From the NCBI GenBank assembly GCA_043228905.1, contig JBHGNT010000002.1, forward strand, positions 1,116,001 through 1,180,000: a DNA stretch of 64,000 nucleotides, written 5' to 3'. The DNA is from Azolla caroliniana (lineage: Eukaryota; Plantae; Polypodiophyta). The notes under the pieces are model-generated. The model searched no databases. It was given only the letters and a program-made list of their open reading frames with translations, and had not been told where the DNA came from. Made by a program: the position numbers and the translations under genes. Positions 1-11,480 of the stretch are shown one piece after another; the stretch's first letter is position 1; every line of letters starts with the position of its first letter.

Positions 1-335
1 TGTATTTCAATGCATTTTTCTAGTAGTTTCAGCATAGCTCAATGAATTCTTCTCGTACTTCTGCCATAGCCTACGTAACTTGATGCATTTTACTTTTAAA
101 TTCACCGCAGCCCACATATCTTAATGCATTTTTCGTTAATATTCACCACAAACCGACATATCCCAATGCATTTTCCTTAAGTTTTAATATACTCACACGG
201 CTCAATGAGTTTCTCTAGTAGTTTTCACCATAGCCTACATACCTCAAACTATTTCTCCTTTAGTTTCGGGATAGCCCAGTACGGTGTTAGTGTAGTTGTT
301 TCATGATCGCCCACACAAACCCAATGCCTTACCAG
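1..335. repeat. Degenerate ~41-bp tandem repeat, about 8 copies
   Basis: A (C/T)(C/T)AATGCATTT-like motif recurs at about 8, 38, 79, 120, 162, 201, 243 and 321. Confidence 0.6.
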
Positions 336-480
336 AACTAGGGTTTATCACCTGAGGCCTGAGTCATTCTCTCTTCTCGAAAAATCAAATGATGATTATT
401 CTTCTCTGCTGTTACGATTCGATGCAGACCTCCTCCCCCGTCGCAGTTAGGGTTTACTGATCAGAAACAGAGAAACTGGG
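328..480 (-). promoter_or_regulatory. Probable 5' leader or first exon of a divergent minus-strand gene running off the window
   Basis: The minus strand has two telo-boxes (AAACCCTAA ~446-454, AAACCCTAG ~338-346), a GA-rich leader, a short ATG ACT CAG GCC TCA and a donor-like CTG|GTAAGG at ~333. No coding homology is visible. Confidence 0.3.
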
Positions 481-525
481 TGAGATTAAGCGTTGTTGGT
501 ATTGAACAGAAAACTCCTAATTGTT

Positions 526-1360
526 GGGAAATTACAGGAATGCCCTCATACATTTGTACATTTACAGGAATGCCCTTGCTTCCTTCATAGAAGAAACCCT
601 TTAAGGTATGGTATGTATGCCATGTGATGACTCAAATTCGGCAAGACAATGAATAAGAAGTGTTTGTGTTCCTAATGCAAAAAAATACTCATGATCTTGG
701 TTGTTCTCGTGACTTAACTTAAACGGGTAGTTCGTACTAAATGCCCAAAAAACGGCATGGGGGAGGGTCCTTGAAGGAATTTTGGAAACATGGGGGTACT
801 TCTGTCGATACTAAATGGTTAAACAAAACTGCATGGGGGGAGGGTCCTCGAAAGAATTTTGGAAACACAAGGGTACTTCTGTCGATACTGAATGGCTAAA
901 CAAAACTGCATGAGGGGAGGGTCCTCGAAGGAATTTTGGAAACACAAGGGTACTTCTGTCGATACTGAATGGCTAAACAAAACTGCATGGGGGGAGGGTC
1001 CTCGAAGGAATTTTGGAAACACAAGGGTATTTCTGTAAATACTAAATGGCTAAACAAAACTGCATGGGGGAGGGTCCTTGAAGGAATTTTGGAAACACAA
1101 GGGTATTTCTGTAAATACGAAATGCCCAAAAAACCACATGGGGGCGAGAGTTTCCTTGAAGGAATTTTGGAAACACAAGGGTATTTCTGTAAATACGAAA
1201 TGCCCAAAAAAACACATGGGGGCGAGAGTTTCCTTGAAGGAATTTTGGAAACACAAGGGTAATTCTGTAAATACGAAATGCCCAAAAAACCACATGGGGG
1301 CGAGAGGCCTTGAAGGAATTCTGAAAAACACAAGGGTATTTTGGTAAATACAAAAACCCC
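526..1360. mobile_element. Non-autonomous foldback/Mutator-like element candidate containing a 77-78-bp tandem array (~8 copies, ~735-1350)
   Basis: The GGAAACACAAGGGTA(T/C)TTCTGT unit repeats every 77-78 bp. The left-end copies (TTACAGGAATGCCCT at ~532 and ~562) match the reverse complement of the array motif AGGGTATTTCTGTAAAT. No target-site duplication was resolved. The array itself is certain; the TE class is inferred. Confidence 0.5.
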
Positions 1361-1410
1361 CCAAAAGAGGAGCAGAGGTTTTGGCGCCATTTTTGAGAGA
1401 ACAGAGGAAA

Positions 1411-1413
<3 letters not shown>

Positions 1414-1462
<49 letters not shown>
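1414..1462. repeat. (AG)n microsatellite in the TIMELESS 5' leader
   Basis: Direct reading of the sequence. Confidence 0.95.
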
Positions 1463-1465
<3 letters not shown>

Positions 1466-1555
1466 AGATTTTTGGCTATGGAGATAGAAGGATTAGACAT
1501 AGATAGAGAGGGCGAGCGAGATAGATAGATTGTGAGAGAGAACAGATATTTGGCT

Positions 1556-4500
1556 ATGGAGATAGAAGGATTAGACACCGTGTGTGCTGGATTAGGTTGC
1601 CCATCTCAAGAACTAAATGCCCAGTACATCAAAGGAGACTATTGCCTCGGTATAAGTTTCTCAGATCCATCTGTTTATAACTACATATTAACAAAGTTGT
1701 AAATTATGGAATATTCTTCTTCTCACATGTATCTATGTATGTGCTCTTTTTCTGTAAAAAATAATAATTGCAGACAATTTGAAGCATTTGCAAAGGTTTC
1801 TGAGAAGAGATCACCCGAGTAGTAGACCTGTGTTCAGACAGTTAGGAAAATGGAATACTGTTGGAAGAGATCTCGTCCCAATCATCTCCCAATATCGGGA
1901 TGACCTCGATCTTGTCATTAATGCTGGTTCGTTTTTCTCATAAATCAATCCTATTCATAATCTCGTTAATATTCCTTGGTAATGCATCGATCTTGTTAAT
2001 CTCTCACTACTCTTGTTATTCGACCTATTACTATTACTTCTAAGCTTATCAAGCTTTGTAGCGAAAAATAAATGCAATTTTTAATGAATAAATCAGAGTA
2101 TGATCTCACAAATTGCTTTTACAACCATCAAGCTGAGTTACAATGAAATTACACATCGTGCTTTCAATCATCAAATTAGTTGATGAAGAATTGAGAGTGC
2201 GCCTTTACAATTGTGAATCTAATTAATGTAGAATTTGACCATTGTCAAGATAGTTTATGAAGATTTGGAACTATTCGTTTACAATAATCAACCTAGTTTA
2301 TGAAGAACTTATGAAATGGTTTTACAATCACAAAGCTAGTTGATGAAGAAATAGCAATGTGATTCTGCAATTGCCGAGTTAATTGATGAAGAATTGGCAC
2401 TTTTCTGTTATGATCATCATGCTATATGACAATATGGTAAATTATGAAGAAATGGTGATATGAAATGTGATGCTTAGGACATGCTTGTCTGCATTGACAC
2501 TTCCACTAAAACTTAATTTCTGAAGATGAAAATAATTTGTCTCACTTTCTTTTTATGAATAGTTAAAGTGATCGTATTCTTGACAATGCCTGTGGACCCA
2601 TTGTCTGAGAATGTATCTCAACAAGTGGATTATATGCTAGATTTCAAAGTTTCATTTTTGCATAACGATGCAATAGCTGTTATCATGACACTACTTGAAA
2701 CGCCACTCGAACATCTGGAAAGGTAATTACTCAATGATACATGTAGATACCTCTGATATTTTTTCAAATTTTTTGTTTTGTCATCACATGACTTTTTGTC
2801 AATTGTGCAAATACAGTGCATGGTTTCAACTACTTACTAAGATATGTTCTTTTTTAATGTGATATTACAGTCATACTTTTTCAGAGGATGATTGGAAAGT
2901 AGTTCAGCTTGTGCTTACTTTGATGCGCAACCTTTTGGACATACAGGATGTGTCAGTCCAAAAGATTGTTGCATCTGACAATATTAGAGTGTTATCCATA
3001 AGAGATAAACTACTTGAACATTTATTCGAGGAGAATGTTATGGATCTTCTGTTAGCACTAGCGTATTATTTATCTGGACCTGTTGCACTTCTCAAACAAG
3101 ACAGCTTATTGTTTCTCGAGATTTTCCATCATATATTCTGGGGTCAGAGCCCAGAAAAGATTGCTAGAGTAAATGATTCGAATCCGAGGGTAAGCTATTC
3201 TTTTGTCAAATTTGATTCTATAGATTCATCATACTTTTTTCGGTCTTATTACAGTTTCAAATGTCATGGCAGGATAAAAGATCTAAAGAAGCTAGTGGTT
3301 TATTAAGAGAAATGGCAGAAGAGGAGCAACAACAACTCAGGGAGATCCGGCTTAGAGAGCTTTCTCGTCATTCCCGATTTAGTGGATCATTTGTGCGAGT
3401 GGCAGAAGTATGTGAAAAAATGTTTTATTACATTTTTCTCTTTTCTTTCCTTTTTAAGTATAAATACATTACATGTGTTTCATTTTCAAGTTTCAAGATT
3501 CTTTTTTCATCCACTTGGTTTAGGATGGTTCGAAGCAGATGTTAAAGAGGAACCCTTTTCAGTCATCGATTGAGACTGTGCTAAAAGGACCAAGGTTCAA
3601 ACATGGGCCAGTAAAACGTGTAGCATGTGATAGGATTGCTTCAACAACTTCAGAAAGAAAAGTTTTAGAACTTCTCAACACACTGGCAGATCAAATCTTA
3701 TCAGGATCATACAATGGTAAGTATTTTGGTAGACTTTGCCCCATGGGTTTGTTTTTTAGCATCATCTTTTAATAACCATTCATTCTTTGTGTCGTGGAAG
3801 AATTTATCAATGTTAATGGTGTGAAGCCATTTTTCAATGTCATACTACTAGTGTGCAATGTCAATGTTATAAAGCCATCGTTTACAATAGATTACTAGTA
3901 TGCAGTGACAATGTCAATGTTGTAAATCCATTTTTTAGGAACAAATTTCTAGTCTGCACAATCTTAAACTACAAATCCTCAAGCTTTTTTATATCAAGTG
4001 TAACAGGAAATCGTCTCTTGAGACTTGAACCCACAATTTGCAAAGCATGAGTGTTACCAATGCCACATCATGCTGCTATATATATATATATATTGATATT
4101 TTAGAATCAATATTTTGTTTAGCAATTCATTGTTCTCTAGCAACCAATATTTTGTTTCTAAGCCTAATACTATTTGCCACTTCACTTTTTTAAACAGTAG
4201 TAATGCAATCTGTCAAAAACGATATTTCCAGAGAGAGAAATGGTATTCAGTCTTCAGATGTGGCATTATTTTTTGAGGTCGCCAAGTTTTTCACAGCTTA
4301 TCAGCGACACAAGTTCTCGATTTTGAAGGTATTATTCAACACAGAAATTAAAAACTTCTCAAACACGTATTATAGAAACAATGATTTTTTTGTGTGTTTG
4401 GTCTCAGATAATTCATTTTTCTTAGTATTATACAGGCTGACTGTAAAAATAGAGATATTTCGGATACTTTGGACTCCAATACGAGTTGCCTATTTCAAGG

Positions 4501-7500
4501 GAAACTATGTGGTCCTGTAGCATCAACAATGGATGAAGACATGTTTGCAATGGTTGTATCCCGATGGCATACATATGCAGAAGGAGCAAAAGAAACTAAT
4601 GATTGGAAATCTCTTACCATAACGGGCTCATTGTTCAAAGAGATGGTATTGATGTTCATAGATTAATAAAAAGTATCACAGTTTTACACATGTTATCTGA
4701 TCTATCTTTCTCAAACAAAAACTTAAAGCTTAGCTTGTATCATTGATATGACATGCACAGATTCGACTGCTCGATGTTGTTCTCAAAGATGCCAAAGATC
4801 AAATTCAGTCTGAACAACAAGAAGTACAAGTTGCACGCATCCTTCTATATAAAGTTTTCTATGATCAGACAGAGAATGGGACTTTGAGTTTTCTCCTGCA
4901 CCTATTGAAGTCATTTGATATACACAAGCAACCACGCAGGTGATGCTTCTTCTTAGAGGATTAGTCAAACGTGTGCATTTTTGCAAAATGGTATCTATGT
5001 TCTCCATAAATAAAGCAACATTTCTTTTTACTCCTATGAAAAGGAAGTTGTTATTTGACAACCCTTTTTTTACTTCTGAAGATCCAGTATTTTTTAGTCG
5101 CAGGTGATGCTTCTTCTTAGAGCATTAGTCAAACATGTGCATTTTAGCAAAATGTTATCCATGTTCCCCATAATTAAAACAAATGTCATTTTTTCTTCTA
5201 TGAAAAGGAAGTTGTTGCATAACCACCTTCTTTACTTCCAATTATCAAACATTTTGTAGTTGTAGGATTTTAAACATGTCAATCTTATGCTATTTCACCT
5301 TCCATGGAGTTCCATAAAGTTCTACAAATCTTGAGTATTTGTACAAGTGTTAACATCAAATTATTCATTTTAAATGCCAAATAAAATATTGTCCTAATAA
5401 GCATGTAATTGTTGCAGTCATTTGGTTGATCTTGTTGAAACTGTACATGTAGTACTCCGTATTATAGAGTTCTTGACAAAGGAGGATGGTGCTTTGAGGG
5501 TATGTTAGCTAAACAAAATACTCCAGACTTTGTAAATTTGCACAGTAGCATATTCTTGACATAACATTATTGGGTGTGTGTGAACTTTGTAGGTTTTAAA
5601 GAAAAGTAGAAAGTCAGCTAAGAAGAAAAGAAAAGCAAAAGATACAGGGAAAGATCAAGATCAATCGGATACCACTCGCCCAGAGAATATTTTAGAAAGG
5701 AATGTTGATCCGGATCTTAATTTCATCGATGGTGGTCAGTCTAAATCACTTGTTCATTTGGATGGAAGTGCCGTTGATCCAACTGCAATGGAGCATGAAA
5801 TTGATAACAACACTACTACTACACCCACTTCCTTGAAACAAGTCTTTTCAGAAGGTTTCGTTGAGAATCAAGATTCTGCCATCCCTACAGAAGGCATGGC
5901 TGTTCACATTAATGAATCAATCACGCATGTTCCAACTCCTCCAAGTAAAAAAAATGAAGAATGCATTCTGACTCCTCTAAGCAAACAAAATGGAGAAGAT
6001 ATAGAAAATGATAGTGATGAGGAAGTGGAATACAAGATTGAAAGACAGAATCAAGAAGTTTCGCTTGATGTTAGGAAATGTGCTGCTAAGTTTGCAGATA
6101 ACACTGTGATTAGGAACTATTGCTGGCTGTTGAAATCTTTTATGAGTAATACAGTGGCTACAAACCACTACATCCTCTGTATGCTGCAGAGGATTTGTAA
6201 GGATTATGAGCTTGAACCCATGCTATTCCAGGTATTGTATTTGGTTTTAATTATATGAGAGATGGTAAATATGGTTCTCTGAGATCCATGCATTGTATCG
6301 TTTCTTCCTGTGTGCAGCTATCATTGTTTCAGACGTTTTATGAAATTCTTTCGAATAAAAAGGCTTCAAAAGTAGAGGAACATCAAAGGCTTTTTGCATT
6401 TTTGACAAAGCTAGTGAGAAATTTCTTTAAGAAATTGAAAACTCAGCCTCTATTGTTTCTTGATGTGCTCTTTTGGAAGAATCGGAATGATTGCCATCTC
6501 ATCACAGTGGAATATAAGACCCATTCTTTGAAGAGGATGACTGGCAAAAATGGGAACAGAACTAAAACGTCCATATCTGATGCGCTTGGCGATGATGAGG
6601 CTGAGGCTCCAACACAGTCTTTGGCTGATGCACTTGGAGATGATGAGGCTGATGACGAACCTTGGGGTTCAATAGAGAAAATGACAGATCGTGGGTGAGA
6701 TTTATCACTTGTATTTGAAATTCTTTTTAATGGATTGCACACAAGATTAATCCATCTTCATTGTCTCTACTTTTTTGTAATGTAGGATTAATGGCATGTC
6801 TCAATCAATGACTGAAAAGCCGAAAAGACTAACTAAGCAAGGCAAGAGAAAGAAAGGTGGATTATTCAGCGATGAACAGGAAGCACAACTAAAAGAATTG
6901 TTCGAACAGTAAGTTCTAACAACTGGGACGCTTATTCATCTAGTTAAAAAACTCTTATAAATTATTGGTTGTTTGAACTATGAATTTCACTGTAGCTTCT
7001 TCTTCTCCTTGTTCTTGTTTTGTCTCAAGGTACAAGGAGAATACCAGATGCTGTAATATTCTGGCAGAAGCAATCGATGCGGAAGGGAAAATCACAGCTG
7101 CACATGTCCGGCGCAAACTAAAATCCATGGACCTAAATCCTCCAACTAGAAGAAAGTTAAACAAGAAACAAACATCAGGAAATGATCTAAATGATGATAT
7201 TGTACCAAAGAGGAAGCTGATAAAGAGAAGCAAAAAGGAAGATAAGATATGTCATTCCGAGGAGGATTCAGATGAAGAGTCAGGCACCAATGAGGGCTCA
7301 TCATCTGATGATGAAACACTTACTCAAATAATGGAGTATGTTTTCAAGTCTTTAAGCTCTGCTTACAGTCATAGCATTAGTGCATTAAGTCTTCAACCTC
7401 TTCTTAACGTCATAAAATGAAGTGCAAAAAGTCCTTAAGCTCTATGTAGGACCATATCATCAATGCTACTTGAAATATAGGGACTTTGTAATGGCGAATG

Positions 7501-8200
7501 CATAGCTATAAAATTTGAACTTTGTTTATTACTGCAGGAAAATGCGTGCACATCAACGTGTAGAGAGGGATTTTGTAGAAGAGAGTTCTGGAAAAGAAGC
7601 TAATGAACATGGTGAAGAAGAAGAAGATGATAAACCTATTCAAACTCTTGTTGCTAAAAGGTACCACTTAATGCCCATATACATCAAATGTGTCTACAAT
7701 GTTGTGTTGAAGAAGTGGAAGACTTACTATTCTCTTTATGATGAAAAAAAGGAAGCGGTCACGCTTGGCAAAAGTGTCCAGTAAATCAAATGATCAATCC
7801 GAAGGAAGAGATAAGAGCAAAAAACATTTATCTCCTTCCAGCAGCATGGACCACATCAATGGAGATTCTCGCAACACTTTGTATGGCCTCATGTTTTCTA
7901 TCTTGTTTGATTGATTTGTTTTTAAAACTGTTGTTTGTTGTTTGTCGTAGAAGAGAAGCAACCGGTGATGCGACAATGAAGATGGAGGTAGATGGAGCCT
8001 TTGTGGAGGATAAACGTGTTGATGAACATGCAACTACAGCCCATTTCGAGGATAATCTCTCTGATCGAGATACATCCATAGCTCCATTTGAAGGATCTTT
8101 GGAAGATGATCAGGAGGAAGAAAATGCACAAGAAACTTCTAGCAATATCAACAAGAGGCATAGGACCTTATTTGTGCTTGATGATGAAGAAGAAATATGA
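1556..8200 (+). CDS. TIMELESS: TIMELESS/Tof1/Swi1 homolog (replication fork protection complex subunit), ~1157 aa, 16 exons
   Basis: Hand-spliced GT-AG exons: 1556-1649, 1774-1926, 2563-2722, 2871-3189, 3273-3407, 3524-3716, 4198-4328, 4436-4645, 4761-4939, 5418-5499, 5593-6231, 6318-6694, 6786-6908, 7030-7335, 7538-7660, 7951-8200. They total 3474 nt with consistent phases. Timeless motifs: YIKGDYCLDNLKHLQRFLRRD, VKVIVFLTMPVDP, SRHSRFSG, LEPMLFQLSLFQTFYEIL, LLFLDVLFWK. Confidence 0.93.
2110..2430. repeat. Degenerate ~43-bp tandem repeat in TIMELESS intron 2
   Basis: A TTTACAAT(C/T)ATCAAGCTAGTTGATGAAGAA-like unit occurs about 7 times. Confidence 0.7.
4935..5266 (+). repeat. 164-bp tandem duplication spanning the TIMELESS exon 9 donor site
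   Basis: CGCAG|GTGATGCTTCTTCTTAGAG...TATGAAAAGGAAGTTGTT occurs at 4935 and 5099. Confidence 0.9.
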
Positions 8201-11199
8201 ACCCCCAAAAGTCTTCTCGTATTAGTTTATATCGAGGGTTGAAGTTCCTTAAACCTTGTTTCGAACTCTTCTTCGGAAGCTCGATATGTTACTTCATTTG
8301 TCACCTCAACCTTCAAATTTTGCATCTGTATATGAATAAAATTGAAGATTGTTTTTCATGGGGCTACCATGTCATGCTTTACTTCTAGTTGACATATAGC
8401 ATGACTGTAGAGATCAAGATGGGTGCGTACCATATTGTTTGGCCTAATGTGAAAGATATAGAATTAAATAAAACATTTATCTAAGCTATGGAGGTCTTGC
8501 TAGAAAGATCTAAGGCATCTCCCACCTAATTTGATCTTAACAAATTATGCCTTGTATATTCTATAGTTTGCTTTAGCGTAGCCCTTAGATTAAAAACATC
8601 AACATATGTAATAGCATAGTCATGTTCTCCGCAAAATATGTAAGGTTTTCGATTCAAAATCTCAAGCATTATGTGTGGTGATGTTGGTCTCCTTATGATA
8701 ATGCAAGTGTGTGTCTAGACTCTAGAGGTATGGTTTGACAAATTGTACTTGGCATCTCAACTTTGAAAATAACACTAATTTTGTAAGGTAGTACATACTA
8801 ATAAAGTGGAAGTTTGAGTTGAACATGGGACGGCAGGTAATAGAACCCTCCATGCACAATCATATTACAATGGCAGCAACTTCTTTAATTGATCTCATAT
8901 TCTCATGTATCTTTCTCATTCTTCTTCAAGCAAGCTCAAGTGAATGAGGTCTCTAAATGTCGTAATACCTTCAAATTTTCTTGATACTTTTCTTGAGATG
9001 TGAATAAGTTTTCTTTTTACCAAAATGCCAAAGAGTCATTTATAATTATTACATATTGTTAACTTGACCATATCTACTAGAACATTCCTATCTAAAATCA
9101 TGTGTTGACTTGTTTCAAGATAAAAATTGGTCAAGAAAATGTTCTTCGTGATAGTTAACTCAAGAAACAATGTAGTTTAATTGCTAATATACTTAATTAG
9201 TTACATTGTAATCATAGGCTATGAGTAATTGATTCATAAAGAATAAGGAATCAACATGCTCATCCTTATGGCACAAGTATTACATTTTCAATGCACTATC
9301 AAACCTTAAGGGACAACCTTGTCTTTAACATCTATCCATGTATGGAACTAGGTCCCCATATCCATGTGCAATCCTTGTGGGTCAGCAAAATTCAAGCAAT
9401 CAAAATGTCATCCTTGAACATGACCACATCTTTGAGTATCTTAAAGTTGCCAATCCCCTCCTCATCAATATGCAATGACTTGTCCTTATCTAGAAATGCG
9501 CTACAATTCATAGTAACTTTTTTCATATTCAATGGTTAACCATCAACTCATGAGTGTGAATCGAAGGTAGACAAAAATAAAAGATAGACACATTATCAAT
9601 GTGTTATAATATAACGATAACGATCAATATTTACCAAAATGTCATCCTGAAAAGTGACAATGACCTATCTTCATGACACCGTATTAGCATAGTTAAGTGA
9701 AAATCATGTTGTTACAACTTCTTCCAAAAAAGACTACTACGTAAAAAACAAAAGTTGCATAATGAATCGCCCATCATAAATGCTCACTCATTGGATGCAC
9801 CACCATGAAGAACAAAATCAATGCACAACACAATTGACATTAGCGAGTAATTATGTTAAGTTCAATACATGCAAATAAGTGATGATGCATCAATGAGTGT
9901 CGGATAATCACGCTAATTAATTTGGTCATGGCATTCGGATGGGAATATGATGCGAAGGGGTATGTTGTGAATTTTGATAAGCATAGGGGTATATTCGGTA
10001 ATTACTTTTTGTATAACATTTTTTTTCAAAAGCCCTTAGGCGCCAATCAAAACACAGAGAAGGAAAACGAAGAAGAAGAAAAGAGACAGAGGCAGAGAGA
10101 AGAAAGAGGAGGAGGAAGAAAGAAAGATAGATAGATAGATAGAGAGGGATATGATGACAGAAAATCTCCACATTTGCACACAGTGAAATAAGAAAGATAG
10201 AAGGTATGCAATCCATGAATCTGTCAATTGTTACGTATGGATTTGAAATGCTCCATTTTTTTATTTAAAGTTTTTCGTTTTCGTTTTCTTCTTCCTAGGG
10301 TTTTTTAGGATATCTATTTGGGAGAAGAGCTTGATCTAATTCCCAAGAATTAACCGTTACATTTTCGGACATACTTATCAATTAGTCACAAATAGCTATG
10401 GTAACATCTGATCATTGCCAGTCTCTGAAGAGCATAAGCATCGATAGTTAGAACCACACATTTTGTATCTGCATTTATTGGATATAATTAGGACCATAGA
10501 TTTTCCAATCATCAATGCTCGTTACATAGGCGTAAACACAAATTTAATGTAGTGCGATTTGGAGTCATATGAAAGCTAGTGGTGGGATAATTACTCTTAG
10601 CAGACGGACTTATGAATAGCTATATCAATAGTTTGGTTGTGATTATTATGATTAAATGAAGTGCAACATACACATAAAGCTTCTTGGAGTATAGTCTGGA
10701 TACCTTTTGTTTGGACGCAGGCATAGACCATTCAAGTTCCATGTCATGCGCTTTAGAGCTGTATAAAGGGCTGCTTATCTATGAGTCTGTTTGCACTTTA
10801 GTCTTTGATGTGCATATCATCAGTCAGTTCACAGTTCTTAGGGTTTAAAATTTTATAGAAAGGGCAACCTACGTGTGTGCACCCCTTTCCTTCACACTAT
10901 TCACCACATAAATTCATACATCCTCTTTGGGGAGAATGGATATGTCTCGGTACCTACGAATATGCCAGGAAACTCTTTCTGCGGGCTCACATTGAATGTT
11001 TAATTGCATATTTAATATGCGATATAATCAAATCAGGGCTAGAGATATGGCAGTTAGTGTTTGTGTGGGGCTTATGACCAACCACAGTCAGGATAGCTAT
11101 GTTACTGGCAAGGACTCTTATGGGTGGTACACTATGCCAGCCATGATTACTTTTATGAGCTATATCAATGTGCTTAAGCATCCTTGTACATAAAAAACG

Positions 11200-11480
11200 T
11201 CAGCTTAGGATATAGTTTGGATACGAGATTACTGTAGCCTTATACTCGCGTACCTCTTTAATGAGAAGTTAACTCCTGTCAATTACATGATGAGGACATC
11301 AATTTCTAATATGGATTTTGTTCCACAGGTAGCCATGAGGTATGGCTGGGTATGAGATTACTCTAGCATTATATCCACTTATCTCTTGAATGACTGGTTA
11401 ACTTCTGCCAATTACATGATTAGAACAGCAATTTGTAATAGGGGTTTTGTTCCATAGGGAGTCATAAGGTATGGTTGTTG
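11200..11480 (+). repeat. 129-bp intron plus mini-exon tandem duplication immediately upstream of the coiled-coil gene start
   Basis: GAGATTACT...GTTAACT...CAATTACATGAT...TTTTGTTCCA(C/T)AG occurs twice. Each copy is followed by an 11-nt segment and GTATGG. Confidence 0.85.

Noticed and set aside
735-1350. CRISPR-like regular repeat
   Set aside because: Units are contiguous with no unique spacers, there are no cas genes, and the context is eukaryotic.
819-1578. Six overlapping ORFs of 67-178 aa on both strands
   Set aside because: They are translations of the 77-78-bp tandem array and the (AG)n tract, not genes.
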